The translations under genes and the position numbers were made by a program. This document shows positions 32,172 through 42,118 of a stretch of DNA of 42,473 bases, piece after piece. Each line of letters begins with the position of its first letter. Positions within the stretch are counted from its first letter, which is position 1. The notes under the pieces were generated by a model. It did no database searches. It saw only the letters and a list, made by a program, of their open reading frames with translations, and was not told the DNA's origin. The DNA comes from an uncultured delta proteobacterium (GTDB lineage: Bacteria > Myxococcota_A > Polyangia > Polyangiales > Polyangiaceae): the NCBI GenBank assembly GCA_963716725.1, contig CAVQUB010000029.1, forward strand, positions 1 through 42,473, in the 5' to 3' direction.

Positions 32172-33509
32172 GTGCCCAGCGAGATTGCGAACGCCGCGCG
32201 CAACTCAGCCGCTCAGGCCGCCGATGTCGTGATGGAGATGGATGCGAATACGCCGATCGCGCTGGACGAGACACAAGACCTGACCGGGGAGCGCAGCCGC
32301 GGTCCGTGGTTCCTCGAGATCGGATCGCCGGAAGGCACCGTGCGAGCGCGAATCGACCTCGTGCGACCGCTGGTGCTCGGCGCCAGCGCGGGTGCCGACA
32401 TCCGAGTCCTGGATCCGACCGTCAGCGGTCGACACTGCCGCGTCACCGGAACGCCCGGCGGGCTCGTGGTGGATGACCTGGGATCGAAGAACGGAGTGTT
32501 TGTTGGCGCGGCGCGGGTAGCCCAGGCGGTGATCGCGGGGCGAACCGGGGCCTTCGTGATCGGGCGAACGACCGTGGTCGTTCGCATGGTGGAGGCCAAC
32601 GGGCGCTCGACGGGCGCCGGTATCGCGGGGCTGGTCGGAACTTCGTCGGCGATACTGCAGGTCGCGGAGTTGGTCAGGCGCCACGCGCCACTGCGCGCGC
32701 CGGTGTTGGTTCGCGGTGAGTCCGGGACCGGTAAGGACATCGTCGCCCAAGGTCTACATGGCTCGAGCGGCCGCGCCGGTGCCTACGTGCCGCTGAACGT
32801 CGGCGCCATCGCGGAGTCCCTCGCCGACGGGGAGTTGTTCGGACATCGTCGTGGCGCGTTCACCGGCGCCGTGGCGTCACGTCCTGGCGCGTTCGAGCAA
32901 GCGCAGCACGGGACCCTGTTCCTCGACGAGGTCGCGGATCTGTCGCCTGCGGTCCAGGTGAAGCTCTTGCGAGTCGTCGAGGACGGCATCGTGCGGCCGG
33001 TGGGCGCAACCAAACCAGTTCCGGTCGACGTTCGGGTCGTGTCGGCAACCTGGGCGCCGCTCGAAGAGCGCGTGCACGAGGGGAGCTTTCGGGCCGATCT
33101 CCTGCACCGGCTCAGCACGGTGGTGATCGAGATCCCCCCGCTGCGCCAGCGCAAGAGCGACATCCCCGTACTCTGTCAGGCCTTACTCGGGCGCTACCTG
33201 CCCGAGGTGGGGCCAAAGCGGCTGACGAGCGCCGCCCTGGCGAAGCTCGTGGCCCACTCTTGGCCTGGCAATGTTCGTGAGCTCGGAGCCGTGCTCTATC
33301 GTGCGGCGGTGGACGCGGTCGGTGTCGTGATCGACGCTTGCCACGTCCAGCTGCCGTCGTCGTCCCCCGGACGACGGCCGGGGGGCCTCTCTCCAGCAGA
33401 GGCCATCGAACTGCTGACGCGACATCGCGGCGTGACTGCGGCCGCTGCGCGGTCGGTCGGCGTCCCGAGATCGACCTTTCGCTCCTGGCTCCGTAAGGCC
33501 AGCGCCTGA
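32172..33509 (+). CDS. Sigma54-dependent enhancer-binding protein with N-terminal FHA-like domain
   Basis: FHA (VSGRH...DLGSKNG), Walker A GESGTGKD, intact GAFTGA, Walker B LFLDEV, WPGNVREL and a C-terminal HTH. The real start may be near 32232. Confidence 0.92.
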   Translation: MPSEIANAARNSAAQAADVVMEMDANTPIALDETQDLTGERSRGPWFLEIGSPEGTVRARIDLVRPLVLGASAGADIRVLDPTVSGRHCRVTGTPGGLVVDDLGSKNGVFVGAARVAQAVIAGRTGAFVIGRTTVVVRMVEANGRSTGAGIAGLVGTSSAILQVAELVRRHAPLRAPVLVRGESGTGKDIVAQGLHGSSGRAGAYVPLNVGAIAESLADGELFGHRRGAFTGAVASRPGAFEQAQHGTLFLDEVADLSPAVQVKLLRVVEDGIVRPVGATKPVPVDVRVVSATWAPLEERVHEGSFRADLLHRLSTVVIEIPPLRQRKSDIPVLCQALLGRYLPEVGPKRLTSAALAKLVAHSWPGNVRELGAVLYRAAVDAVGVVIDACHVQLPSSSPGRRPGGLSPAEAIELLTRHRGVTAAAARSVGVPRSTFRSWLRKASA

Positions 33510-33512
33510 AGC

Positions 33513-34694
33513 TCAGAACTGGCCGATGAGACCGAGCCCACGCGAGGTCTCGCTCACCATGGGAACGACCGCCGCTCGCAAGCCACCCGCTTTCGAGGCA
33601 CGAGTTCGACCTTGCCGCGTCCCGACGGACGCTTTGTTCGACCCGGTATCGATGAAGTAGTAGGCGACGGTGCCGGCGGCGGCCACACCCGCAACCACGA
33701 AGCTCACCGTTGCCCACGTCTTCTGCGAGTCGGCGTCGTCGACGCGCTGCTGGTACTTGGTGCAAGCTTCGGTGAAGTCCACTGGCGTCGTCTTCGGCGC
33801 CGGGGGACCGCAGGGACCGACGACGCCTTCTGCTTTGGCCTTGTCGACGATCTGCAACCGGATGGAATCGGCGTCGTCGTAGCTCTTGCTGGACGTGAGC
33901 GCGAAGCCTGCGCCCGCCGCGACGCCCACCACCGTGAGGCCCCCGCCGACCCAGGCGAGGGGGGTCTGTTTCGCCCAAGTCAGGAAGCCGGGCTTGCCGG
34001 AGCCCTGATCCGGCTCCGGGCCGCCCGGGCCCTGCGGCGGCAGCGGGCCCATTCCGGACAATCCGGGGGGCGCAGTTCCCGCGGCGCCCGGGGGACCGGG
34101 AGTGGGGATCGGGCCCACCGGTGTGGAGCCGTCGTCGAAGCCGAGGTCCACCGAGCCGGTCTGACCCGCGATGGCCGTCACTGCGGAGGTCGCGGTCTTG
34201 CCGTCCTTGCGAGCCTCGACGCTGTGCGCCCCAGGCTTCAAGTAGATGGGCGCTGCGAGGGGCGAGCGCCCTTCGACGTTGCCATCGACCAGCACCTCGG
34301 CGCCGTCGACGACGTTGACCTTGATCTCAGCGACGCTGGCCTTCGCCGTTGCCAAGCCGCGCTCGGCCTCTTGCCGTTCGGCGGCGGTCGCCTCTTTATT
34401 CTCACGAACGTACTGCGCGAAGTGCTTTGCGGAGTCAGCTTCTCGTCCCGAGCGAAGCTCGCTCTGCGCGAGGTTGAGCAACACCGCGGGATGCTTCTTG
34501 AGCGCGTAGGCCTGGAGAAACGCCGCTCGCGCCTTGTCGTACTGCCTCTGGTCGTAGAACTTCACGCCTTCCTGAAAACGCTCCCGCGCCATCTGGATCG
34601 TGGCGTCGTCCTGTGCGATCGCGACGGTTGGAACGGCGAGCGGAACGGAGGCAGCGAGGAGGGAGGCGAGAGCTAGGGAAAATCGACGCGTCAT
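33513..34694 (-). CDS. Exported TPR + PEGA domain protein with C-terminal hydrophobic segments
   Basis: Signal peptide, ARERFQEGV...AFLQAYAL...VLLNLAQSE TPR, PEGA (GAEVLVDG...LKPGAHSVEARKDG), two Gly-rich helices and a terminal GLGLIGQF. Confidence 0.85.
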   Translation of the reverse strand: MTRRFSLALASLLAASVPLAVPTVAIAQDDATIQMARERFQEGVKFYDQRQYDKARAAFLQAYALKKHPAVLLNLAQSELRSGREADSAKHFAQYVRENKEATAAERQEAERGLATAKASVAEIKVNVVDGAEVLVDGNVEGRSPLAAPIYLKPGAHSVEARKDGKTATSAVTAIAGQTGSVDLGFDDGSTPVGPIPTPGPPGAAGTAPPGLSGMGPLPPQGPGGPEPDQGSGKPGFLTWAKQTPLAWVGGGLTVVGVAAGAGFALTSSKSYDDADSIRLQIVDKAKAEGVVGPCGPPAPKTTPVDFTEACTKYQQRVDDADSQKTWATVSFVVAGVAAAGTVAYYFIDTGSNKASVGTRQGRTRASKAGGLRAAVVPMVSETSRGLGLIGQF

Positions 34695-34723
34695 GGATAC
34701 TCATCAGGGATGAGGCGGCCGCC

Positions 34724-35866
34724 TCAGAACGGGGTCTCGCGCACTATAGATCCGCCGCCGGGCTTCGGGGGAGGCGGCTTGGCCGGCACGCCCGCGGGTT
34801 TGGCGATGACTGGCTTGGGTGGGGCTGGCTTGGGCGCCGGCCCGGGCTTGGTCTCCGCGACGGGCTTCGGCGGCGCTTCCGGCTCGGCGGTCGGTTTTGC
34901 CGTTTCTGTTGGCGTTGGCGCGGCCGTAGCGGCTGGCTCGACCGTCTTGGGCGGGGTCGGGGAGGTGGCCTGGGTCTGGGTCGGAGCGGGCAGCGAGCTG
35001 GCACGTTCCGCCGGCTTGTTCTCGTCTTCCGACGAGCCGCCGCCCATGACGACCTTCACTCCGACCAGCACGAGGATGAGCGCTGCGGCACCCACGACGA
35101 TGAACACGACGTTGTTGCGTTTGACCGGCGTGACCGGGACGTCTTCTTCGTAGCTGGGTGACGCCGCGGGAGCGCGTCGCTGCGAGCGCGGTTGCTCCGC
35201 CACCACGACGGAAGCGACGGGCATACGCGCCGGATTGATCGGCGCCGCAGCGGGCGGCACTGCTGCGGCAGATGCCGAGACCGCCGCAGCGGGAGCGGCT
35301 GTCGCGGGCGGAGCCGCGGCCGCGGGCGGTGTCGCTTTAGCGGTCGAGATCTGCCCGGGCGGCGCTGGTGCTTCGTCGACGCTGCCCAGCACGAGGGTCT
35401 TGCTCGCACCGGTGGGAGCCCGCGGCGCTGCAGCGGGAGTCGCGGGGGCCGCCGGTGAGCCAGAGATCATGGTCTGCTTGGGATCGGCCTGAGCGTTGTC
35501 GGCGGGAGGTGGCCTGGTGCCGCCGGCCGCCTTCACCGGGACCCCGACGATGCTCTGCACGCGAATGCCTTCGTTGGCGGGCGCGGGTGCCTTCGCCTCC
35601 GGCGCGGCGGGAGTCGCTGCTGCGGCGGGGGTCGCTGCTGCGGCGGGAGTCGCTGCTGCGGCGGGAGTCGCTGCTGCGGCGGGAGTCGCTGCTGCGGCGG
35701 GAGTCGCTGCTGCGGCGGGAGTCGCTGCTGCGGCGGGGGTCGCGGTCGGAGCTGTTGCGGGGGCCGGAGCTGCCGACTCCACGTCCTCCGACTCCCACAT
35801 CGGCTTGAACTGGCTTGCGAGCTCGTCGGCTTCGTCGGTATCGACGCCCTGTTCTTCGTTCGCCAT
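34724..35866 (-). CDS. Pro/Ala-rich single-pass membrane protein, 380 aa
   Basis: ATG at 35866 with a GAGGAAGAGG RBS, low-complexity N-terminus, TM helix (VVFIVVGAAALILVLVGV), Pro/Lys stalk and terminal IVRETPF. Confidence 0.78.
   Translation of the reverse strand: MANEEQGVDTDEADELASQFKPMWESEDVESAAPAPATAPTATPAAAATPAAAATPAAAATPAAAATPAAAATPAAAATPAAAATPAAPEAKAPAPANEGIRVQSIVGVPVKAAGGTRPPPADNAQADPKQTMISGSPAAPATPAAAPRAPTGASKTLVLGSVDEAPAPPGQISTAKATPPAAAAPPATAAPAAAVSASAAAVPPAAAPINPARMPVASVVVAEQPRSQRRAPAASPSYEEDVPVTPVKRNNVVFIVVGAAALILVLVGVKVVMGGGSSEDENKPAERASSLPAPTQTQATSPTPPKTVEPAATAAPTPTETAKPTAEPEAPPKPVAETKPGPAPKPAPPKPVIAKPAGVPAKPPPPKPGGGSIVRETPF
35604..35743 (-). repeat. In-frame 18-bp tandem repeat encoding TPAAAA, 7 copies plus a partial one
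   Basis: GCGGCGGG(A/G)GTCGCTGCT units on the + strand from 35604 in 18-nt steps. Confidence 0.95.
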
Positions 35867-35894
35867 GGCCCTCTTCCTCGAGCAGACGACAGGA

Positions 35895-35924
35895 ACCCTA
35901 GCACCCGGCCCCCCCCCCTCGCAA
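35895..35924 (-). promoter_or_regulatory. Putative promoter with a G10 tract in the spacer
   Basis: Minus strand reads TTGCGA-GGGGGGGGGGCCGGGTGC(18)-TAGGGT with an extended -10 TG, 28 nt upstream of the ATG at 35866. Confidence 0.5.
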
Positions 35925-36013
35925 TGCGGCGACTCTGCGAATTCCCTAGGAAAAGCCCGGGAGACGGGCTGCGGGCTTGGCCCACCCCACCTCTCTCGTG
36001 GCAACACTTGGTC

Positions 36014-37684
36014 ATGCTGCTGCCGCGTGGCCCCTGGGTCAGCTCGTTGATGCTCGCGGTGGGGGCCTGCTCGGGTGGTGCCGCGGCGCCCGGCGCCGCG
36101 AGCTCTGCGGCCCCGCACGCCGACTCTGCGAGCGCCGAGCTTCCGCCCCGCGCTGAGGCCGTGGCTGCTGCGGATGCCCTCGCCGTCGCTGCAAGCAAGG
36201 CCGCGGGGGACGACGTGGTCAGTCTCACGCGGCGCGCGGCGGAGCTGCGTGCGCGGCTCTGGCGGATGGAACACCGCGAGCTCGACGCGCTGGAGGCCAT
36301 CGAGCTGTATCGCGGAATCGAAGCGACGCCGGGTGATGCCGCTTGTCTGGCAGATCTCGACCGCGCGCTGCTCGAGGGCGAGCTGCGCGGAACTCCGTCT
36401 GAGACCTTCTCCCGCGCGTATCGCGCCAAGGCTCGCTCGGGATCCGGCGAGTGCAGCGAGCGAGCACGGAGCGTGCTCGCTACACTCACGGCCTTTCGTC
36501 CGTTGCCGACGGTCCTGGCGGAGATCGACCGCCACGCCGGTTCGGATGGAGGAGGCGCGGATGCTGACGTCGCGAGGGCTGGCGCCAACGTGCGAGTCGA
36601 TGCTCACGGTCCGGTGATCGTGCCGACGGTGCAGGCGAACAAACCCTCAGGGCCGGTGCGCATCACCAACATCGAGCGCTATGGGGCCAAGGACTCGGCG
36701 CGGGTGGTGGTGTTCGTGACGCATCCGACCGTGTTCGACGTCGGGTTCATCCCAGCGGCGGGTGCGGAGCAAGGGCCGCGGTTGTACGTGGACATCGACG
36801 GTGCTGGCTACAAAGGCGCGCTAGAGCACAAGGTCGGTGGGCTCGTCGAACGCGTGCGCGTCGGCAAGCGTGAAAAAGGCACTCGCGTCGTCCTCGACCT
36901 GTCGGCGCCGGCGCATCGGAAGGTCTTCTATTTGCCCGAGCCCTTCCGCTTGGTGATCGACGTCGCTACAGGTGCCGAGCCCACCACCGCCCCGGGGCTG
37001 ACCACCGGAACCCGGCCCGTCCGCCGCGTCGTGCTCGACCCAGGTCACGGGGGGCACGACCCCGGGGCCGTGGGGCCGGCGGGCCTTCGGGAGAAAGACG
37101 TCACCCTCGACGTTGCTCACCGCGCGGCCCCTATCCTCGCCCGGGAGCTGGGCGTGTCCACTTTGCTCACTCGCGACTCCGACGACTTCATTCCACTCGA
37201 CGAGCGCGCCGCGCGAGCGAACGCGTTCCAGGCCGATCTCTTCGTGTCCATTCACTGCAACGCGAGCGAAGACCCGAGCGCTCGTGGCTTCATGACCTTC
37301 GTGCTCGACAACGCCCGTGACCCGATGGCGTCGTCGATTGCCGCGCGTGAGAACGCGGCGTCGCCGGCTGCTGCGGCAGAGCTCGCGAATGCCATGAGCC
37401 GAGTCATCGACGCGAGCTCGCTCTCGCGGTCCGTGCGGCTCGCCGAGGTCTTGCAGAAGTCCGCCTTTGCGTCGCTCTCGCAGTCCTACGCCGACGAACC
37501 CGACGGGGGCGTGAAGCGCGCCGGTTTCTACGTGCTGGCCGGGGCCCGGATGCCAGCCGTGCTCTTCGAGACCACCTTCATCTCGAATCCGACCGGCGAG
37601 TCACGGCTCAATACGGGCGACTACCGGCAGAAGCTCGCCGACGCCATCGTGAACGCGGTGCGCGCCTACCGCGAGGGCCGCTGA
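36014..37684 (+). CDS. N-acetylmuramoyl-L-alanine amidase (Amidase_3) with AMIN-like domains; probable lipoprotein
   Basis: VVLDPGHGGHDPGA, EKDVTL, FVSIHCNA and PAVLFETTFISN motifs; AMIN-like RLYVDI, TRVVLDL and PFRLVIDV; lipobox AVGA-C. Confidence 0.92.
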   Translation: MLLPRGPWVSSLMLAVGACSGGAAAPGAASSAAPHADSASAELPPRAEAVAAADALAVAASKAAGDDVVSLTRRAAELRARLWRMEHRELDALEAIELYRGIEATPGDAACLADLDRALLEGELRGTPSETFSRAYRAKARSGSGECSERARSVLATLTAFRPLPTVLAEIDRHAGSDGGGADADVARAGANVRVDAHGPVIVPTVQANKPSGPVRITNIERYGAKDSARVVVFVTHPTVFDVGFIPAAGAEQGPRLYVDIDGAGYKGALEHKVGGLVERVRVGKREKGTRVVLDLSAPAHRKVFYLPEPFRLVIDVATGAEPTTAPGLTTGTRPVRRVVLDPGHGGHDPGAVGPAGLREKDVTLDVAHRAAPILARELGVSTLLTRDSDDFIPLDERAARANAFQADLFVSIHCNASEDPSARGFMTFVLDNARDPMASSIAARENAASPAAAAELANAMSRVIDASSLSRSVRLAEVLQKSAFASLSQSYADEPDGGVKRAGFYVLAGARMPAVLFETTFISNPTGESRLNTGDYRQKLADAIVNAVRAYREGR

Positions 37685-37687
37685 CCT

Positions 37688-38569
37688 CTATTTCGAGCGT
37701 TTTGGCACGAAACGGCCTTGCTCGAACACGAATCGCGTGGGCGCATCCGGCTCCCCGGTTGCCGCCGACGGTTCTGGGTAAAGTGGATCGCCGGGCAGCG
37801 CCAACACCGCCTCCGCGCCGTCCATGACGAAGAAGGGGCAGACGGGCTCGAGCGAGTGTCGACCTGCGATGGCCCGAGCGTCGTCGATGCTGCGCGCGGC
37901 GGACAAGAGCTGCAGCGTACGTACGGTGGGGGGCGCGAGGAAGAGCTCTTCTCGTTCCCAGGCCGAGATGATCTGGGAAGGTGCAGACCAAAAACTCGAG
38001 GTGGTTTCGTGCTCGTCGTGTCGACCGCTCTGGCCAGGTGGAGCGCCGAGCACGTAGAATCGTGTGTCGTAGCGGCGTTCTTCCGCGGTCGGCGTCACCC
38101 AACGCGCCATGGCTTCTAGCGCATGCGTGTCGAGAGTCAGCCCACGCTCCAGCATGAGCGCGAGGAACTCGCCGGCGCCGTCGCTCTCGGGTGGAGTGCG
38201 AGCGCGGAGCTCGGCACGCATGCCCTCGACGGCGGCATCGTCGAGCGTGGCGCCGACCACGGGAAGCAGTCCGGCCTCCTCGAAGAGCTCGCGGAGCGCG
38301 GCGACCGCGAAGGCGAGGGCGGCGGCTGGGTCGCCCGAGACGCGGGCGGACCGACCCCCCAGCGAGGTCGTGGCGCGGACCCACTCGGGCGCCCGGTCAG
38401 CGGGCGATACCTTCCCGCCAGGGAACACCACGGCGCCGCCGAGGAAGCCGGAAGCCGCGTGGCGCTTCACGCAAAAGAGCTCCACTCCAGCCGCCGAGGG
38501 CCGCACGACGACGACCGTGGCCGCGTCTTTGGGGACGACCGGCTGTCGGGTCGGGTCGAGCCTGAGCAT
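37688..38569 (-). CDS. NUDIX hydrolase (Nudt19-like)
   Basis: VFPGGKV...AALRELFEEAG and WVTP...RRYDTRFY motifs. Confidence 0.9.
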   Translation of the reverse strand: MLRLDPTRQPVVPKDAATVVVVRPSAAGVELFCVKRHAASGFLGGAVVFPGGKVSPADRAPEWVRATTSLGGRSARVSGDPAAALAFAVAALRELFEEAGLLPVVGATLDDAAVEGMRAELRARTPPESDGAGEFLALMLERGLTLDTHALEAMARWVTPTAEERRYDTRFYVLGAPPGQSGRHDEHETTSSFWSAPSQIISAWEREELFLAPPTVRTLQLLSAARSIDDARAIAGRHSLEPVCPFFVMDGAEAVLALPGDPLYPEPSAATGEPDAPTRFVFEQGRFVPKRSK

Positions 38570-38627
38570 GGGTCGAGCATAGCGAAATCCGGACAAAGCG
38601 CCGCGCAACCCCCGGTCGCTTCGATGA

Positions 38628-38656
38628 TTGACGACCGGCTGGCGGCGTCTTAACTT
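38628..38656 (+). promoter_or_regulatory. Putative promoter of dksA
   Basis: TTGACG-N17-TAACTT, 21 nt before the ATG. Confidence 0.5.
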
Positions 38657-38677
38657 CGTCCGCTCTCGGAGCGAGAG

Positions 38678-39085
38678 ATGGCAACCAAGTCGAACGACAA
38701 ATCCGCGAGTGGCGAACCGAAGCTGACGAAAGCTCAGCTCAAGAAATTCAAGGAGCTGCTCGACGAGAAGCGGATGGAAATCATCCGTAAGGCGCAGCAG
38801 ACCCTCGACGAGGACATGACCCTCGACGCAAACGATCTGCCCGACGAGATGGATTTGGCGTCGAGCGAGTATCTGCAGTCGTTCACGTTCCGCCTGCGCG
38901 GGCGCGAGAAGGTCTTCCTCGACAAGATTCAGAAGGCGCTCGAGAAGCTCGAGACCGACGCCTTCGGAGTCTGCGACGACTGCAGCGAGCGAATTTCCGC
39001 CAAGCGGCTCGAGGCTCGCCCCGAGACCACGCTCTGCATCCGCTGCAAAGAAGATCAGGAACGGGTCGAGAAGGACTTCGGCTGA
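38678..39085 (+). CDS. dksA: DksA/TraR family RNA polymerase-binding C4 zinc-finger protein
   Basis: Coiled coil with DxxDxA (DEMDLA), CDDC...CIRC and RLEARP. Confidence 0.9.
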   Translation: MATKSNDKSASGEPKLTKAQLKKFKELLDEKRMEIIRKAQQTLDEDMTLDANDLPDEMDLASSEYLQSFTFRLRGREKVFLDKIQKALEKLETDAFGVCDDCSERISAKRLEARPETTLCIRCKEDQERVEKDFG

Positions 39086-39097
39086 TCCGAGCGGTGC

Positions 39098-42012
39098 TCA
39101 GCGAGCGCCGCGTCGCGATCCGGCCGCGGGTGCCGATGGGCCGCGGACCTTGGCTCGGTTGCCCGAGGGCGCCCGAGCCGACGTGCGCTTGAAGAGCTCG
39201 CGCAGGTAGCGGCCGGTGTGGCTCTCCGGGGCCGCCGCGATGTCCTCCGGCGTTCCGCGGGCGACGATACGGCCGCCGCCTTCGCCGCCTTCCGGACCCA
39301 AGTCGATCACCCAGTCGGCGCATGCGATCAGATCCACGTTGTGCTCGATGAACACGATGGAGTTTCCCGAGTCGCGCAGCCCGGTCAGCGCGTGCATCAG
39401 GAGCTCGATGTCCTGAAAGTGCAGCCCGGTGGTGGGTTCGTCGAGCACGTAGAGCGTGCTGCCCGTGGCTTTGCGAGCCAGCTCGGTGGCGAGCTTCACT
39501 CGTTGGGCTTCGCCGCCGGAGAGCGTCGTGGCGGGCTGACCGAGCTGAACGTACCCGAGCCCGACCTGCCGGAGCGCGGCCAGGCGCTGGGCGATGCGGG
39601 GCAGCGACTCGAACAGACCGAAGGCGTCATCCACCGTGAGCTCGAGCGCGTCGGCAATGGACATGCCGCGGTACTTGATCTCGAGCGTCTCGCGATTGTA
39701 GCGCCGACCGCCGCAGGCATCGCATTGCACGTAGACGTCCGGGAGGAAGTGCATCTCCACGCGAAGCACGCCGTCGCCCTGACAGGCCTCGCAGCGACCC
39801 CCCTTCACGTTGAAGGAGAACCGCCCGGGCTTGTAGCCGCGGGCGCGGGCGTCAGGCAGTCCCGAGTACACCTCGCGAAGGTGGGTGAAGATCCCGGTGT
39901 ACGTCGCCGGGTTGGAGCGCGGCGTGCGTCCGATCGGTGCTTGGTCGATGCTGATGACCTTGTCGATGTGCTCGAGACCCTCGATGCGGTCGCAGGGCCC
40001 CACCCAGCCGGTGGCGCCGTAGAGCTCGGCGCGTGCCGCCGACAGGAGCGTGTCCACGATCAGGCTGCTCTTGCCCGAACCGCTGACGCCCGTCACCGCG
40101 GTGATGCACGCCGAGGGGGATTTCGAGCGTGACGTCGCTCAGGTTGTGCGCCCGCGCGCCGACCACCGCGAGCTGCTTCTTGCCGGGTTTGATCCGGGTC
40201 TTCGGCAGCGGCAGGCTCTTGTCTCCCGGAGAGGTAGGGGCCGGTGACCGATGCGGGATTCTTCATCAGCTCCGCGGGCGTGCCCTCGGCGACGATGGTT
40301 CCGCCATGAGCGCCCGCACCTGGACCCATGTCGACGACGCCAGTCGGCCGCCAAGATGGCGTCGCGGTCGTGCTCGACCACGATCACGCTGTTGCCCTTC
40401 TCGACCAGGCGCCGCACCGCCAAGAGCAGGCGTTCGTTGTCGCGCGCGTGCAGTCCGACGCTGGGCTCGTCGAGCACGTAGAGCACGCCGACCAGCGATG
40501 CGCCGATCTGCGTGGCCAGTCGGATGCGCTGACCCTCGCCGCCGGAGAGCGTGTGAGCGGGGCGATCGAGCGTCAGGTAGTCGAGGCCGACGTCGATCAA
40601 GAAGCCCGTGCGCTCGACCACGGCCTTGAGCAGCGGCTTGGCGATCGCGGCGTCACGCCCCACCATGGAATCGCTGGCGAAGAGCTCGGCGAGGAGCTCC
40701 TTCAGCTTTCTCAGCGGTAGCGTGCTGACCTCGACGATCGAACGCCCGCCGATCTTCACCGACAGTGCCTCGGGGCGCAGACGCTTGCCGCCGCACTCCA
40801 CGCAGATCTGGCTCACGGAGAACCGCCCTAGGTCGTCGGGGCCGACGGCGCCCTTCGTAGTCGTCGTGGTCCTCCTGGTCTTCCAGCTCGCCAGTTTCGA
40901 GCATGCGTTCGAGCCGCACCACGATGCCTTCGTAGGCTGGGGCCTTCTTCTTGCCCTTGGCGCCAAAGAGGATCGCCTGCCGAGCCTCCTCGGGCAGCTC
41001 GTTCCACGGCAGATCCGGATTTACCCCGAGCGCATCCACCAGCGCCGACACCTCCGTCGCCGTGGCCACGGAGCCCCGGCGGCCGAACGCAGCCACCGCG
41101 CCCTCTCGCAGGGTCCGGCTGGGGTCGGGCACCACGCGGGCGGCGTCGATGCCCGAACGCATGCCGAGCCCGTCGCAGACGGGGCACGCGCCGTGCGGGC
41201 TGTTGAACGAGAACAGCCGTGGCTCCAGCGGGGGCAGCGTGATCCCGTGCTCCCAGCTCACCAGTCGCTCGCTCATCACCACCGGCTCCGAGCCGTCCAC
41301 CGCGTCGATGAGCACGGTGCCGTCGCCCAGCTTGAGTGCCAGCTCGATCGAGTCCGTGACGCGTCCCTTCACCCCGGCCTTGACCACGATGCGATCGACG
41401 ACGACGTCCAGGTCGTGGGGTTGGCTTCGATCGACGTCGACGTCTTCGCCCAGGTCGATCTGCGTGCCGTCGAAGCGCGCGCGTACGAAGCCGTCGCGCC
41501 GAAGTTGCTCGAGTTCGGCGCGGAGGTCGCTCTTCCGTTGGCGAACCATCGGGGCCAAGATCGCGGCGCGGGCCCCTTCACCCCGCGCCGACGACCGTGT
41601 CGACGATTTCTTGCACGGTGTAGGCCCGCAAGACCTTGCCGGAGACCGGACAGTGCGGGACGCCGACCCGCGCGAAGAGCAAGCGCAGGTAGTCCGCGAT
41701 CTCGGTGACGGTGCCGACGGTCGAGCGTGGGCTCTTGCCCAGCGCGCGCTGCTCGATGGCGATAGCGGGGCTCAAGCCCTCGATGCTCTCGACCCGGGGC
41801 TTCGGCAGCTGATCGAGAAACTGACGCGCATAGGCCGAGAGGGACTCGACGTAGCGGCGCTGACCTTCGGCGTAGATGGTGTCGAAGGCCAAGGACGATT
41901 TGCCCGAGCCGCTCGGACCCGTGATGACCACCAGCCGGTTGCGCGGTAGTTCGCAGCTGACGTCCTTGAGGTTGTGCTGCGAGGCGCAGCGCACGACCAG
42001 TTTGTCGAGCAT
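39098..42012 (-). CDS. uvrA: Excinuclease ABC subunit UvrA (~970 aa), about five apparent frameshifts
   Basis: HNLK...[77 protein letters not shown] and LDEPTTGLH across successive frames. Confidence 0.96.
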
Positions 42013-42118
42013 GGCGGGCCCAGCAGGTTAGCGCTCTTTCGGCCCGGCCGGACCTAGCCAAACGTTGGGGTTTTTCCGCCCGGAACTTGGCCTCCATTCC
42101 GGGGCTCTCTCATAAGGA

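Noticed and set aside
35867..36607. N-terminal extension of the 627-aa minus-strand ORF
   Set aside because: It overlaps the amidase gene; the RBS and promoter-like element support the start at 35866.
42013..42118. LexA/SOS box upstream of uvrA
   Set aside because: Only a short imperfect palindrome (CCAAACGTTGG) is present, with no convincing match to a LexA motif I know.
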